Assembly: GCA_015228785.1 (NCBI GenBank)
Contig: JADGCU010000006.1
Span: 1 to 51,525 of the forward strand
From: Candidatus Omnitrophota bacterium
Lineage (GTDB): Bacteria; Omnitrophota; Gorgyraeia; Zapsychrales; Fredricksoniimonadaceae
Direction: 5' to 3'
DNA: 51,525 bases
This document shows, piece by piece, positions 37,901 through 46,883 of this stretch. A model generated the notes under the pieces. The model was not told the origin of the DNA. It saw only the letters and a list, made by a program, of their open reading frames with translations, and did no database searches. Position 1 is the first letter of the stretch. Each line of letters starts with the position of its first letter. The translations under genes were made by a program, and so were the position numbers.

Positions 37901-39384
37901 TATGTGTCCCCCAACGCATAACCTCCCTGAACAAACCACGCAAGCTTTCCTTCCTCAACCTCTTTCATGGCAGGGAGCCAAGGATGGGGGCTTTCTTGTC
38001 GCACATAAAAACGCTCTGCCTTCTCAGTCCTCCCCGATGAAGGAAGACTCGCCGTCTCCATAACCTCCGACAACTCATAATTTGCTGTCGAGGGCTCTGC
38101 GCTAGAGCGAACAGAAAAAAGAGTCCGCCCTTGAGGCAACATGGCTAGCTCCGATGTCGTTGCGCGCGCCCGGTCAAGCTTCATCCGACATCCCCCTGAG
38201 AAATATTTCCGCGGGATCATCTCCCCCGAAACCGAATCTTGCTCCTCCTTGATCATGTTAAAAGCACCTTTCTTGAAAGCCTCAACATAACGCTTCCAAA
38301 TATCCTCAGGAGAAAGATCGCTCAACGAGCCTTCGGCTCTTCCCAGGCCCACAATCTTCTTTCTGTCGACGTACACCTGAGACAAGGCGCTATCTTTAAT
38401 TTTCCTTTTAAACCAGTCCGCCAGGATCAACGAATGATAGATCTGCCGGAGCGGCGCAAAATTTCGGCCTTCATTGACTTCTCGCTCCAAGATAGGAACC
38501 ACAACTTCACGAAGAACCTGTTTGCCAAGATCTTGAGATGAAGAAGCTCTCGCCGCCTGACACTTGACACTTAAAGAAGGATCAATAACTCCAGAGGAAT
38601 TCAAGCACTCACCGGTCTCAACCCTCGAACGTCCCGCATCTTTCTCCTGGGCCAGATAATCACTCTCCAGCATCACTTTAAGCCGACTTTCAACAACATA
38701 AGCAACCGCCGTTCCATCATGTGCCGCATGTTCTGCGTCCTGTGCTTTTTCATAAACGACCGCCTTCTCCGGAACAATCCACACCTTATTAAACGTATCT
38801 ACCGGAATATCCGTCGTGCCATATTTCTCCCGAGACTTTTGGTACACCTCAGCCCAAAACTTCTTTCCCAGATCATCTTCAGGATAAATAGCTGATGCCG
38901 TAATCTGTTTCAAGAGATAATCCTGCGCTAAAAGTTCCCGCCCCATCTGAGTTTCACCAAACTCACTGGTAATAATCCGATCTTTCTCATACGGAGAAAG
39001 GTTGACCCAAAGATCATCCTCAGGGACAGTCAATGCGGCGAGAAAATATTTTATAAGACGAGTAGATTCCACCTTAAGGTCATCAGACGTAAAACGCAAC
39101 CCGGCTGCCCTCTGACGTCCAACACCTATCTTTTCGAAATCCCCTTTATCTAGAATAAAATCAAACTTAAATGGCTCCTGAGCATTGACCTTAATCCCTG
39201 CCAGAACAGGCGGTTGATAGGCATCTGAGAAGTGAACCATCGTTCCCGGCACAGACAGGCCATTGCCCATCGCTGCTCCCAAATCAGCAGCATGAACTGG
39301 CAGACTTGTAGCTGTAAAAATAACAGCCATAAATCCACACAACGTGCGCCTCAGCGCCAGCCATAAACAACCCATCTTTAACAT
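34960..39384 (-). CDS. Large exported modular protein: conserved-type N-domain, several enzyme-like cargo domains (SAM methyltransferase-like, HAD hydrolase, UPF0489/ureohydrolase-like) and a C-terminal GGID tail
   Basis: Signal peptide ending PVHA-A; GGGGAGG SD; ADA...LPEGSLDFIY...LRPEGVL (MTase-like); FDYDGTL...LTNG...K...YFGD......D (HAD); DDHN...HIDAHAD...DIDIDV; C-terminus DKTGGIDL...GFVPVIFSIQP...LP. Confidence 0.85.
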   Translation of the reverse strand: MLKMGCLWLALRRTLCGFMAVIFTATSLPVHAADLGAAMGNGLSVPGTMVHFSDAYQPPVLAGIKVNAQEPFKFDFILDKGDFEKIGVGRQRAAGLRFTSDDLKVESTRLIKYFLAALTVPEDDLWVNLSPYEKDRIITSEFGETQMGRELLAQDYLLKQITASAIYPEDDLGKKFWAEVYQKSREKYGTTDIPVDTFNKVWIVPEKAVVYEKAQDAEHAAHDGTAVAYVVESRLKVMLESDYLAQEKDAGRSRVETGECLNSSGVIDPSLSVKCQAARASSSQDLGKQVLREVVVPILEREVNEGRNFAPLRQIYHSLILADWFKRKIKDSALSQVYVDRKKIVGLGRAEGSLSDLSPEDIWKRYVEAFKKGAFNMIKEEQDSVSGEMIPRKYFSGGCRMKLDRARATTSELAMLPQGRTLFSVRSSAEPSTANYELSEVMETASLPSSGRTEKAERFYVRQESPHPWLPAMKEVEEGKLAWFVQGGYALGDTYSASLNSTGVAFIVYDKDGVGIRFGHFSSTREPKDMLPHVNDDHRIVIVPGSGNGDVNDLVEYLRQGGMKDENIYIHAPTKVFSSQGMSFVLLKANGEVVINYLDYELKSLGVEVVRNEKYTLHADDSEDSGEFNQWAGTPDTAEPDIKEMIEAVHSALPSFSPRDIGLFSPGDPWKEEFLVMMKAFGRGIGSAKGPEIRFHVVDIAAKWINRFKKGIEDMKYLQGRFPIDIDFYRADALNAAKFLPEGSLDFIYMRFGPDLSPELIRTMVDRLRPEGVLYLQGVFPDHDPQGIAEVLGKEGVLLSDILTFKSGKVFFQKKANVAVTPMWGSDRELAMKTDKASVENQLFDHGQLVKKIAMGDLDDAEVLVFDYDGTLADDKSPLSSEMVETLLAALDAKKKIVILTNGNFERLREHLENSKDAKGMPIRSRLTGGKKIVLYVAGGGASYDVDSTGYLKTDLVTFSGDATVERLSSVLLSIAQKFPEENMEPQILTSDGVISVRFRLLHGQRIPEILEYLRHETKRRGIVLPDTSGPFIDTKPFDGDKNGELYHYNSWFLAINKGETMGKKIFPRFGTKVVYFGDGFGPGGSDEEVKGVPGLVKANVINYKETASAVQRLLARNRDGQAGSNQVTKRNEKAVAEIVPFGLKLLAGDAVDVTGVDDWTVVRGWSAEMADQVIESNIVSYRSLKGEDLKEITGLKKKVLIEIPDGPRVFIADDHNFAFPFWWFAVEKGWISRKGNSLLHIDAHADAEIMQRYRSTPQFLGSGSDKLSEADAYGLNILGIQGFITPFVEKGLIAVWRWLYNMDTMQAVGMAPGTELRYKIEPGSAQDVSGKSFDIVDIDIDVLNGLPSQAVERALDHFASLARKAKVVSIVTSPNFIDQGKAIEYARILLSKIAAESAMKAGDKTGGIDLRAQRMDVKTTGTGNAIQFNIDPVKLERFRQASGFVPVIFSIQPLEDLPQFLGVISGEPLDTAG

Positions 39385-39553
39385 GAAACACGCCTCCCCA
39401 AGCTAATAGAAGTATTTAATATAAATATAAGTGATACAAGGGGATAAGATAAAAAGGAAGGAAAGGCTTTCTTAATAGATAATATTATACATTGAAATAT
39501 TAATATAAAATGTTGGAATATATACAGTTACGAACTTATCGGATGAAGATGCG

Positions 39554-39910
39554 CTAGATATGCTTTTGTATCTTTTCTAAAAGATCCTTATGCTCGAATG
39601 GCTTTACAATATATTCTTTCACACCTTCGAGCTTAAAGATATCCTCAAGCTGTTCCTTATAGGTAAGAACAATAATAGGAACCTGTGCCAGATCCTTGAG
39701 TTTCTTGACCTCGAGAACAAAGGCATAACCATTCACATTCGGCATCACAATATCAAGAAGCACAAGATCAGGTGACATTTTCTGCATCTTTTGAAGAGCT
39801 TCGGCCCCGTCATGAGCGATGACAATTTCATAACCCTGCTTTTGTAAAAAGACCCCCAGCAATCTGACAAAACCTTTATCATCATCAGCAATCAAAATCT
39901 TTTTGGGCAC
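39554..39910 (-). CDS. Single-domain response regulator (CheY-like)
   Basis: ILIADDD, LLDIVMP, LT and IVKPF. GTG start at 39910 with a GAGGA SD. Confidence 0.9.
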   Translation of the reverse strand: MPKKILIADDDKGFVRLLGVFLQKQGYEIVIAHDGAEALQKMQKMSPDLVLLDIVMPNVNGYAFVLEVKKLKDLAQVPIIVLTYKEQLEDIFKLEGVKEYIVKPFEHKDLLEKIQKHI

Positions 39911-39930
39911 AATAAATTCCTCTGAAATAC

Positions 39931-40287
39931 TCAAATATACTTTTGAATCATCTTAAGAAGGTCTTGGTTCACAAAAGGTTTCACTATGTATTCTTTAACC
40001 CCCTCGACCTTGAAAAGATCCCGCATCTCATCCTTACAAGTCAGAACGATCACGGGTGTTTGCGCGCTTTGCTCCAATTTCTTCATATCAAAAAGAAACG
40101 CATACCCATTGATCTTGGGCATCTCCACATCCAAAAGGATCAAATCCGGCAATTCAAACTCAAGTTTCATAAGGGCCTCTTCGCCATCATGAGCAACAAT
40201 AATCTTATAGCCATGCTCTACAAGAAAAGAGCTTAATATTTTTGTCAACGTCTTATCATCATCAGCAATCAAGATTTTCTTGGACAT
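39931..40287 (-). CDS. Single-domain response regulator (CheY-like)
   Basis: ILIADDD, LLDVEMP, LT and IVKPF. Confidence 0.9.
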   Translation of the reverse strand: MSKKILIADDDKTLTKILSSFLVEHGYKIIVAHDGEEALMKLEFELPDLILLDVEMPKINGYAFLFDMKKLEQSAQTPVIVLTCKDEMRDLFKVEGVKEYIVKPFVNQDLLKMIQKYI

Positions 40288-40288
40288 A

Positions 40289-40888
40289 TTAATACCTTTG
40301 CAATGGTTTCATCGTTAACTCTGCGACGATCTTCTTGTCCCCTTTGATAAAAAACTCGATCTCATCCTTGACGTCCTGATCAGAAGAAAAATTGACGCCA
40401 TTAATTGCGGTATTAATAAAACTTTCGAAATGCGACATCTCAAGAAAAATATATCCGTTTGCCGAGAGTTCCTTAACAAAATAGCCGGCAACAAGATTTG
40501 TGATCGTGCCGCACGCATCCATCACAACAAGTTCATCATCTTCATCAATACGACCATATTCCAAAAGCCACATCAGACGCGCAATATAGTCCACGGGAAT
40601 ATAGACAATAAGCGCCCCCAGGGCCTTCCCCTGCTCCATTAACTCCCGATCTAAATGAAATGTCACACTGGAAAAAACGGTTCTGCTGCCAAATTTCTCA
40701 AGCCCATCAACACGCATACGCCGGGCAAACTGAACAATACGCCGCTCCTTGATCGCTGGCTCCGAAGAAAGATAAATATCCCCCTTCACCCTGAGCATCT
40801 TGGAGACAGAAGTCGCCAAGATCATGGACATATCATACAGATTACGATTAGCGCCTGAAAAGGCGAGCACCTTGCTAGAACTGGACAT
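40289..40888 (-). CDS. CheX/CheC-like protein
   Basis: G....YIP...IA.L...L and DACGTITNLVAG resemble the CheX DAxGExxNxxxG motif. Embedded among CheY-like genes. Confidence 0.5.
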   Translation of the reverse strand: MSSSSKVLAFSGANRNLYDMSMILATSVSKMLRVKGDIYLSSEPAIKERRIVQFARRMRVDGLEKFGSRTVFSSVTFHLDRELMEQGKALGALIVYIPVDYIARLMWLLEYGRIDEDDELVVMDACGTITNLVAGYFVKELSANGYIFLEMSHFESFINTAINGVNFSSDQDVKDEIEFFIKGDKKIVAELTMKPLQRY

Positions 40889-41255
40889 AGGGCTTCATCA
40901 CGGCCATGATCTGATCAGGTTTATACGGCTTAATAATATATGCTTTTAAGTTCGGATTCGCCGCATAGGCGGCCTGCTTACTCTCCTCAGCGGCGGAGGC
41001 CGTGATCATGATCATAGGAATATGCGCAGTCTCCGGAACTTTAACCAAGGCTGCCATAAGTTCTACTCCCGACATATTGGGCATCTGATAATCAACAAAC
41101 ATCAGGCTGATCTGCCCCATATGCTCAGCGATAATCCGCATGGCTGCCTCACCATGCTCGGCCTGAAGGATCTCATTCTTAACGCCCAGATTAATCAGCG
41201 TCTTGGACAACAACTTTCTGTCAAGAAGCGAATCATCTACGATCAGAATTTTCAT
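40875..41255 (-). CDS. Single-domain response regulator (CheY-like)
   Basis: MKILIVDDS, FVDYQMPNMSG, ITA and IIKPY. ATG at 41255 with a GAGGAG SD. Confidence 0.9.
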   Translation of the reverse strand: MKILIVDDSLLDRKLLSKTLINLGVKNEILQAEHGEAAMRIIAEHMGQISLMFVDYQMPNMSGVELMAALVKVPETAHIPMIMITASAAEESKQAAYAANPNLKAYIIKPYKPDQIMAVMKPYVQF

Positions 41256-41345
41256 CAATGTTCTCCTCGAGATTAAAACGAGAATGCTCGTAAAACCCTT
41301 ATCCTCAGCTCCAGGAACCAACGTACAGCCCAGCACATGAAAACA

Positions 41346-41570
41346 TTACTTCTCGTTCTTCTCATTCTCCATGGCATCCCCGGCCAGCGCCCCGCCCGCC
41401 GCGCCTACCGCGCCACCGATGAGCGCCCCTTCTGCCCCATGACCACTCTGATACCCAATAATGCCCCCCAACAACGCACCCACTCCGCCACCTGCCGCAG
41501 CCCCTTTTTGCGTCCCTGTACATCCAATAAGAGCAAAAGACATAAGAACAAAAACCACCATCTTCTTCAT
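41346..41570 (-). CDS. Glycine-zipper lipoprotein
   Basis: Lipobox LIGC, GAAAGGGVGALLGGIIG...GALIGGAVGAAGGALAG and an AAGGAG SD. Confidence 0.88.
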   Translation of the reverse strand: MKKMVVFVLMSFALIGCTGTQKGAAAGGGVGALLGGIIGYQSGHGAEGALIGGAVGAAGGALAGDAMENEKNEK

Positions 41571-41657
41571 ACAGTCTCCTTTGTATTATTATGCCCAAAC
41601 CCCATTAGGCCCGAGTTGCTTTTCAATTAAAGAAAGAAAATTATAGGTGTTATGGGT

Positions 41658-41666
41658 ATTATAACA
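41658..41666 (-). promoter_or_regulatory. Possible extended -10 promoter upstream of the glycine-zipper/CheY operon
   Basis: Exact TGtTATAAT on the minus strand in an intergenic gap. Confidence 0.4.
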
Positions 41667-41708
41667 ATGCGAATCGCGGGGAAAAGGGTTTTCTTAAGGT
41701 TTTTGGTT

Positions 41709-43079
41709 CTAATGAGTGGAGCGCACGACGATAAAACGCGTCTCTCCAGCCTCAAGCGTGACCTCGCCGATATCCTCAATACCAAGGCTCATGCCCTGAC
41801 TGTCCAGGTTGTCAAATTGGATACGACATGTTCCTGGATCAACAAAAATCCTGGCCACCCTGATTTGTGCAGGCAGCGCCTGCCAACTTCTAAGATCGGC
41901 CTGTTCTGAAAAGACATTATAAAGATTGCTCATGAGCCCAAAGACTTCAGCAGCAAAAGCCCCGCTCTTTTTATCAATGACCTCTTTCTGTTTACGCTCA
42001 ATCAGATACTTCATGGCTGGCCGCAAAACCGCTTTGGCCAAAACCGTGGCCTTACGCGACTCCAGATCCTTCATCGCAAGTTCCTCAATATTCATCCCCA
42101 ATTCCGTATCCGCAGAAACACGCGCTCCCCCCGCCTTATAAGCAATAACGCGTGCTGAATGAATATCATAATAACGCCGCATATATTTCGGAAAAGCAAG
42201 CTTGATAATAAATTGCCGATCAACCGGAATCGGAACAACATCGGCGACCTTAAGCGGCGAGTACCCGGCGAGCTGAAGAACAATGATCTTAGCCTTGTTT
42301 TCGTATCCTTGACTCGCGAAAGAACCTCGGGTCTCTTGCCGTAGAGCGGCCAAATCGTCATCAGAGAACTCCTCGGCAAGTCTTCCAGCCTCTTCTTTCA
42401 AGATCTGCGGCACATATTGCCCCTCGTAATAGGATGCGTAAAGACTTAACGCCTCCTTGTACCACAACAAGGCCTCTGCCTTATCTTCCGGCCTCCCCAT
42501 CGACTGATACAAGAGCCCCATAAACATCCGGGCAAACCCGTTGTCTTCATAACGCCGGCGTTTCATCTTATGGGCAAGATCCGTCACAACCTGATATTTA
42601 GAATTCAGATCCCGCGCCTCAACGAGTGATTCATTAGGATTCTTCAAAGACAGGAAATTCAATGCCTGGAAGATATTGACCAGGACATACTCATGATCAG
42701 CCCCACGATAAGGAAGCATATAATCATTAACAGCCCAGCTCAAAAACTCTTTACTCAGGGATTCGGTATAGAGCTCCTGAAAACGCTGCTTGGCCTTCTC
42801 AAGACTCCGAACACTTTCTTCGTAACGCCCAGCGTAGAATTCCACAAGCCCCCGGTCCAAATAATACAAAAGATAATTACCAGGACCGTAACTGGCCTCT
42901 TCCCGCTCAATCATATCAGCCGCAAGCTGTAATCGATTAGCCACAACAAGACTATTAACCTCAGGCTGCAAACGGGGACTTCCCGTCGTCATTACAGCAC
43001 ACGAAGAACAGACAAAAAGTACAGGGATAAAAAAAAGAAGGGAACGCCGTTGGGCGTTCCCTAAGATATCTCGCATCAT
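41709..43079 (-). CDS. COG3014-like TPR-containing lipoprotein (usual neighbour of lpoB)
   Basis: Lipobox-like SSC, LLYYLDRGL, PYRG..HE, ALN, VEAR and QADLRSWQALP. Confidence 0.75.
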   Translation of the reverse strand: MMRDILGNAQRRSLLFFIPVLFVCSSCAVMTTGSPRLQPEVNSLVVANRLQLAADMIEREEASYGPGNYLLYYLDRGLVEFYAGRYEESVRSLEKAKQRFQELYTESLSKEFLSWAVNDYMLPYRGADHEYVLVNIFQALNFLSLKNPNESLVEARDLNSKYQVVTDLAHKMKRRRYEDNGFARMFMGLLYQSMGRPEDKAEALLWYKEALSLYASYYEGQYVPQILKEEAGRLAEEFSDDDLAALRQETRGSFASQGYENKAKIIVLQLAGYSPLKVADVVPIPVDRQFIIKLAFPKYMRRYYDIHSARVIAYKAGGARVSADTELGMNIEELAMKDLESRKATVLAKAVLRPAMKYLIERKQKEVIDKKSGAFAAEVFGLMSNLYNVFSEQADLRSWQALPAQIRVARIFVDPGTCRIQFDNLDSQGMSLGIEDIGEVTLEAGETRFIVVRSTH

Positions 43080-43087
43080 GGCGCGTC

Positions 43088-43684
43088 TCACATCGAATAT
43101 TTCGGATTCTTTACAAGCTTCTTGATCTTCTTCTGGCCAAGCCATACCTTTTCATTCGTCGACAAATTCACCAGCTCCAAATTCACCTGGAACAAAATCG
43201 CATACTGTCCCTTGGTCTCATCCTTCACAGAATTAACCGTTCCCTGCAACATGAAATCAGCACCTGATTCATTGATAAGTTTAGCACGCGTCACCTCGCT
43301 CGAATTAACCTGCTGATCCATCCGCTCTTCACGAATTTCGGTGCGCGCAGACTTATCCGCCACGAACTTGACCTTGCCAGAATTCACAAGTGCCTGCTCT
43401 AAATCCTGAACAAACACATTGGAATCAATGTGCTCATGGCTTCGATTAACAACAGAACCTATGATCACAACAGGATCACGACCATTGTCCTTGTTAAACG
43501 TTCCAATCCACCCTCCCGCCGTACACTCCTTGATCATCTCCTCAGCGGCCATCCGGGCATCCGTATCGTTCCAACGACCAGAAAGGTCTACAACCTCAGC
43601 AGGTTCCTTACGGATCACCTGTGTCGCACACCCCGCAAGTCCCATCACAACAAAAATGCTCAAAAATAAAATGTACATCTTCAT
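43088..43684 (-). CDS. Penicillin-binding protein activator LpoB-like lipoprotein
   Basis: Lipobox LAGC, DLSGRWNDTD, N.S.EHID, SGKVKFV, GADFML.G and VW.....IKK. Confidence 0.8.
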   Translation of the reverse strand: MKMYILFLSIFVVMGLAGCATQVIRKEPAEVVDLSGRWNDTDARMAAEEMIKECTAGGWIGTFNKDNGRDPVVIIGSVVNRSHEHIDSNVFVQDLEQALVNSGKVKFVADKSARTEIREERMDQQVNSSEVTRAKLINESGADFMLQGTVNSVKDETKGQYAILFQVNLELVNLSTNEKVWLGQKKIKKLVKNPKYSM

Positions 43685-43702
43685 AAAATATTCACCCTTT
43701 TA

Positions 43703-44176
43703 TTATTCCGTGACAATAATGCCGCTCTTCAGGTCCGCGTTGATCTCCTCTAAAACCTTCTGAGCGTCCGCCTCATTAGAAAAAGGACCAACCCGTACGC
43801 GATAAAAAACCCCGCGTGCGCCTAAATCGCTGATCATAATATAACAATTATCATGCCCCTTTTCCTTGAGCTTTAAAATAGCAGCGTCCGCCCGAGCCTT
43901 CTCTTTAAAAGAATACACCTGAATAGCTAAAGATTCTTTAGAAACAACCTCCTTGGGAGCCACAACAACAGACTCCTGCGCCCGCATTCTCGGAGCCGGA
44001 ACCACAGCCTCTGCAGTCGTTTGAGGCGACTTAACATTATTCACCACAACATTCTGCTCAACAGGAACACGTGTCTCTTGCGGCTTTTCTTTCTTAAAAG
44101 CCAGCACAACAAAACCAACCGCAAGAATGACCAAAACCCAAATGATCCAAGATTGATTCCCCTTATCAGGCGCCAT
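43703..44176 (-). CDS. SPOR-domain membrane-anchored protein
   Basis: N-terminal TM, IQVYSF...A and FYRVRVGPF...A. GGGAGG SD before the ATG at 44176. Confidence 0.85.
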   Translation of the reverse strand: MAPDKGNQSWIIWVLVILAVGFVVLAFKKEKPQETRVPVEQNVVVNNVKSPQTTAEAVVPAPRMRAQESVVVAPKEVVSKESLAIQVYSFKEKARADAAILKLKEKGHDNCYIMISDLGARGVFYRVRVGPFSNEADAQKVLEEINADLKSGIIVTE

Positions 44177-44345
44177 GAAAATCCTCCCGCTTTTAATTAT
44201 CTTGTTGAACAAGGAACGCCGACAGTTATCCAAACGTTGACGACCTTATTATTTCCTAATGATGAACGGCGGTATTTTATCTCTTTTAATTTTGATTAAC
44301 AACAAAAATCATTTAAGACCCCAAAACAAAGTCTTCTCACCACAC

Positions 44346-45149
44346 CTATCCATGCTCTCCGACGACTTTTGGGGCCTCATATTTAGGAAGACGGCCTTTA
44401 AGGGCTCCCTCCACCAGCGCTTTAATGTCCTCACTGAAATCCTTGCCCAGCATCCACTCCAGATACCCAGGGTCTTTACGTGCGATCTCTCGCAGGCTTT
44501 CCTTCTTTGCATATTTGCCAAACATCATGTAAAGCTCGCCGTTCCACCAACGAAACTTGCGATCCGAATCGTAAAATTCCTGTCGCTCAACATAATTAAA
44601 CCGCCCCAAGACATCAATCGTATCTTCCCCAGCGCCATATTTCTGAATCTGACCCTCCATCACCTCAAGAGTCGCCTCCGTATCTGCCAAAGCCGCATGC
44701 GCCCCCTCAAGCTTCTTTCCACCACAATAAAACGCATAAGCAGCTGTGAGGTCCCTCTTTTCATTCAAATGAAAAACCTTCTGAGCATCATAGATCGAAC
44801 GCGCATTCATCGACAAAGACAACCCCGCATCACGAATTTCGCGTTCCAGAAGCGGGACATCAAATTTATCAACATTAAACCCGCCGATATCAGCATCTCG
44901 CAAAAAATCAACGATCTCCTTGGCAACCTCCTTAAAAGCAGGCGCATCCTTAACCGCTTCGTTAGAGATGCCCGTGAGCTCCACAACCACGGGCGGAATG
45001 GTCATCCCAGGGTTGATCCGCTTGGCATACACTTCGCGACCACCCGTCGGAAGAAGCTTGATCATCGCGATCTCAATGACCTTGTCCTTCTCAATCCACG
45101 TGCCGGTCGTCTCAAGGTCCAGAATGACCAGAGGCTTAGTCAATTTCAT
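44346..45149 (-). CDS. DEDDh 3'-5' exonuclease (DNA polymerase III epsilon-like)
   Basis: LDLETTG, GFN...FD.PLL, AH.ALAD..AT and a C-terminal FGKY...DPGYLEW extension. Confidence 0.9.
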   Translation of the reverse strand: MKLTKPLVILDLETTGTWIEKDKVIEIAMIKLLPTGGREVYAKRINPGMTIPPVVVELTGISNEAVKDAPAFKEVAKEIVDFLRDADIGGFNVDKFDVPLLEREIRDAGLSLSMNARSIYDAQKVFHLNEKRDLTAAYAFYCGGKKLEGAHAALADTEATLEVMEGQIQKYGAGEDTIDVLGRFNYVERQEFYDSDRKFRWWNGELYMMFGKYAKKESLREIARKDPGYLEWMLGKDFSEDIKALVEGALKGRLPKYEAPKVVGEHG

Positions 45150-45162
45150 GAATAACCTTTCT

Positions 45163-45822
45163 TTACTCTATTTCTGCTTCTAATTCCCTAAAGAGTTCCT
45201 CTGCCTTCTTGACCAGATCCGCCTTAATGAGCTTCAGCGACTCAGCATCCTTCTTAAAAGAACGAATGGCATTCAAAAGCTTGCGGACCGCGGCCGTATT
45301 ACGACGTTCGCGCTCCTCATCGGGATCGACCTTCTTGCGCTCCTTCATAAGGACCACAAGATCCTGACGCACAAGCCCCGCAGATCGCCCCTTATCAAAG
45401 ACCTGCCGGCGAAGTTCAGAATAATCTTGACGCGTGATCTCCTTCTTTCCCTTGGCAAGCCGAAGAACATGGATCGCATCCATTTCCGGTAACGCTGATG
45501 CGTCGCGTTCATCCACAAAACTATCTTGCAAATACTGCGGCTCCTGCTGCTCGACAAAACAATAGGTCTTAACAAGCTTGAGGGCCATGGATTTTTTAAA
45601 TCCCAACTCCCGTTCTGCATAATGATCAAACTTCTCATAACCCCAATACTCGTAAAGCTTGTCCCGATGAATAGCAAAAAGAGACTGAGCGAATGAAAGC
45701 CATGCTGTCTTAAAATCCTTCGCCCCCTCCTGAGCACGCTCACGCAATTCTTTACTCGTCGGATTATCAAGCTTCTTAAGCTTGCTGATCTTTTCTTCCT
45801 GATCGATCACGGACATAACCAC
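45163..45822 (-). CDS. Conserved hypothetical protein (DUF3102-like, helical)
   Basis: FK..W......L..I...KLY..WGY..F..Y...ELG.....A.KL pattern and a charged coiled-coil C-terminus. Confidence 0.55.
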   Translation of the reverse strand: MVMSVIDQEEKISKLKKLDNPTSKELRERAQEGAKDFKTAWLSFAQSLFAIHRDKLYEYWGYEKFDHYAERELGFKKSMALKLVKTYCFVEQQEPQYLQDSFVDERDASALPEMDAIHVLRLAKGKKEITRQDYSELRRQVFDKGRSAGLVRQDLVVLMKERKKVDPDEERERRNTAAVRKLLNAIRSFKKDAESLKLIKADLVKKAEELFRELEAEIE

Positions 45823-45906
45823 TCCTTCTAAAATATCTCTACGAAAAATTTAAGACATCCCCGCGCCACGACGGCCCATCAAGACAACGGGTGAACGGAA
45901 TTCTTC

Positions 45907-46809
45907 TTAAAACTGTTTGACCCGAACTCTTCCTGCCATGCGTTGAACGCCCTTCTTGCTAATCGCGCCGGGCTTGATGGAACGGGCCGCCTCAGCGCCA
46001 CATGCGGCAGCCAGACGGATCTGATCCTCAAGCCGGTCTTGTGCCATCATCCCAGCGACACACCCAGCCAATGCCGCATCGCCACAACCAACAGTATGCC
46101 CCTTGACCTTCGGCCCTCGGGCCCATAAGAACTCTTCCCCTTGGGTGATCACAAGGCCCGCTTCTCCCAATGTCAAAAGGACCATCTTCATACCACGCTT
46201 AAGAAAAGACCGCAATCCCTTTTTTACAAGCCGCTGAGAAGAAAGACGGCATTTCAAAAACGCCTCGGCTTCTTCTTGATTAGGCTTGATCAAAAAAGGC
46301 TTCGCCTTTATACCCTCCCCAAGGGCGTCTGCACTCGTATCCAGAAATGTCTGTGCCCCGGCACGCTTGGCTACGCCAATCAAGCTCCGATAAAAAGATG
46401 AAGGAACCCCTACCGGAAGACTCCCGGAGAAAATAACGATACGAGCCCCTAAAATTTGACTGGCGAAGAATTTCTTAAACCGCATCACATCTTCCCGTGC
46501 CCATACCGGACCAGACTCAAAAATACGCGTAACCATGCCGTTCCTATGAATCGTCGTCGTATTAGTCCGCGTCTTGCCTCGAAGAATAAAAAGAACAGGT
46601 GGTAGCCCTTCGTCCCTAAGCTGCCCAGAAAGCCTGCGACCGCTCGTACCCGCAATGGCGATCAAAGGCATACTGACAAGGCCCAGGGCTTTAAGTGCTC
46701 GCGACACATTGACGCCCTTCCCCCCGGGAAAAATCGTCGTTTTCCCAGAACGAACGATCCTATCAAGAGCTGGATTAAGAGTAACGGTAAGAATCCGATT
46801 CGTCTTCAT
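45907..46809 (-). CDS. 1-phosphofructokinase-family hexose kinase (PfkB)
   Basis: TVTLNPALD, GGKGVNVS, TRTN, SGSLP, IKPNQEE, TLG..G and TVGCGDA. Confidence 0.9.
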   Translation of the reverse strand: MKTNRILTVTLNPALDRIVRSGKTTIFPGGKGVNVSRALKALGLVSMPLIAIAGTSGRRLSGQLRDEGLPPVLFILRGKTRTNTTTIHRNGMVTRIFESGPVWAREDVMRFKKFFASQILGARIVIFSGSLPVGVPSSFYRSLIGVAKRAGAQTFLDTSADALGEGIKAKPFLIKPNQEEAEAFLKCRLSSQRLVKKGLRSFLKRGMKMVLLTLGEAGLVITQGEEFLWARGPKVKGHTVGCGDAALAGCVAGMMAQDRLEDQIRLAAACGAEAARSIKPGAISKKGVQRMAGRVRVKQF

Positions 46810-46830
46810 AGTCAACAATAGTCGGCCCAT

Positions 46831-46861
46831 AAAAAAATAGCCACGGGGTCACCGTGGCTAT
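46831..46861 (-). terminator. Rho-independent terminator
   Basis: Perfect 10-bp stem ATAGCCACGG/CCGTGGCTAT with a 5-nt loop, followed by a T-run on the minus strand. Confidence 0.85.
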
Positions 46862-46883
46862 CTTTGGTCATCCTGATTATTTC

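Noticed and set aside
41302-41310. 9-mer tcctcagct shared between this intergenic gap and the pilin leader (23885-23893)
   Set aside because: A 9-nt match is expected by chance in 51 kb, and the flanks do not align.
44259-45155. 298-aa plus-strand ORF
   Set aside because: It is the antisense shadow of the well-supported DEDDh exonuclease and has no recognisable motifs.
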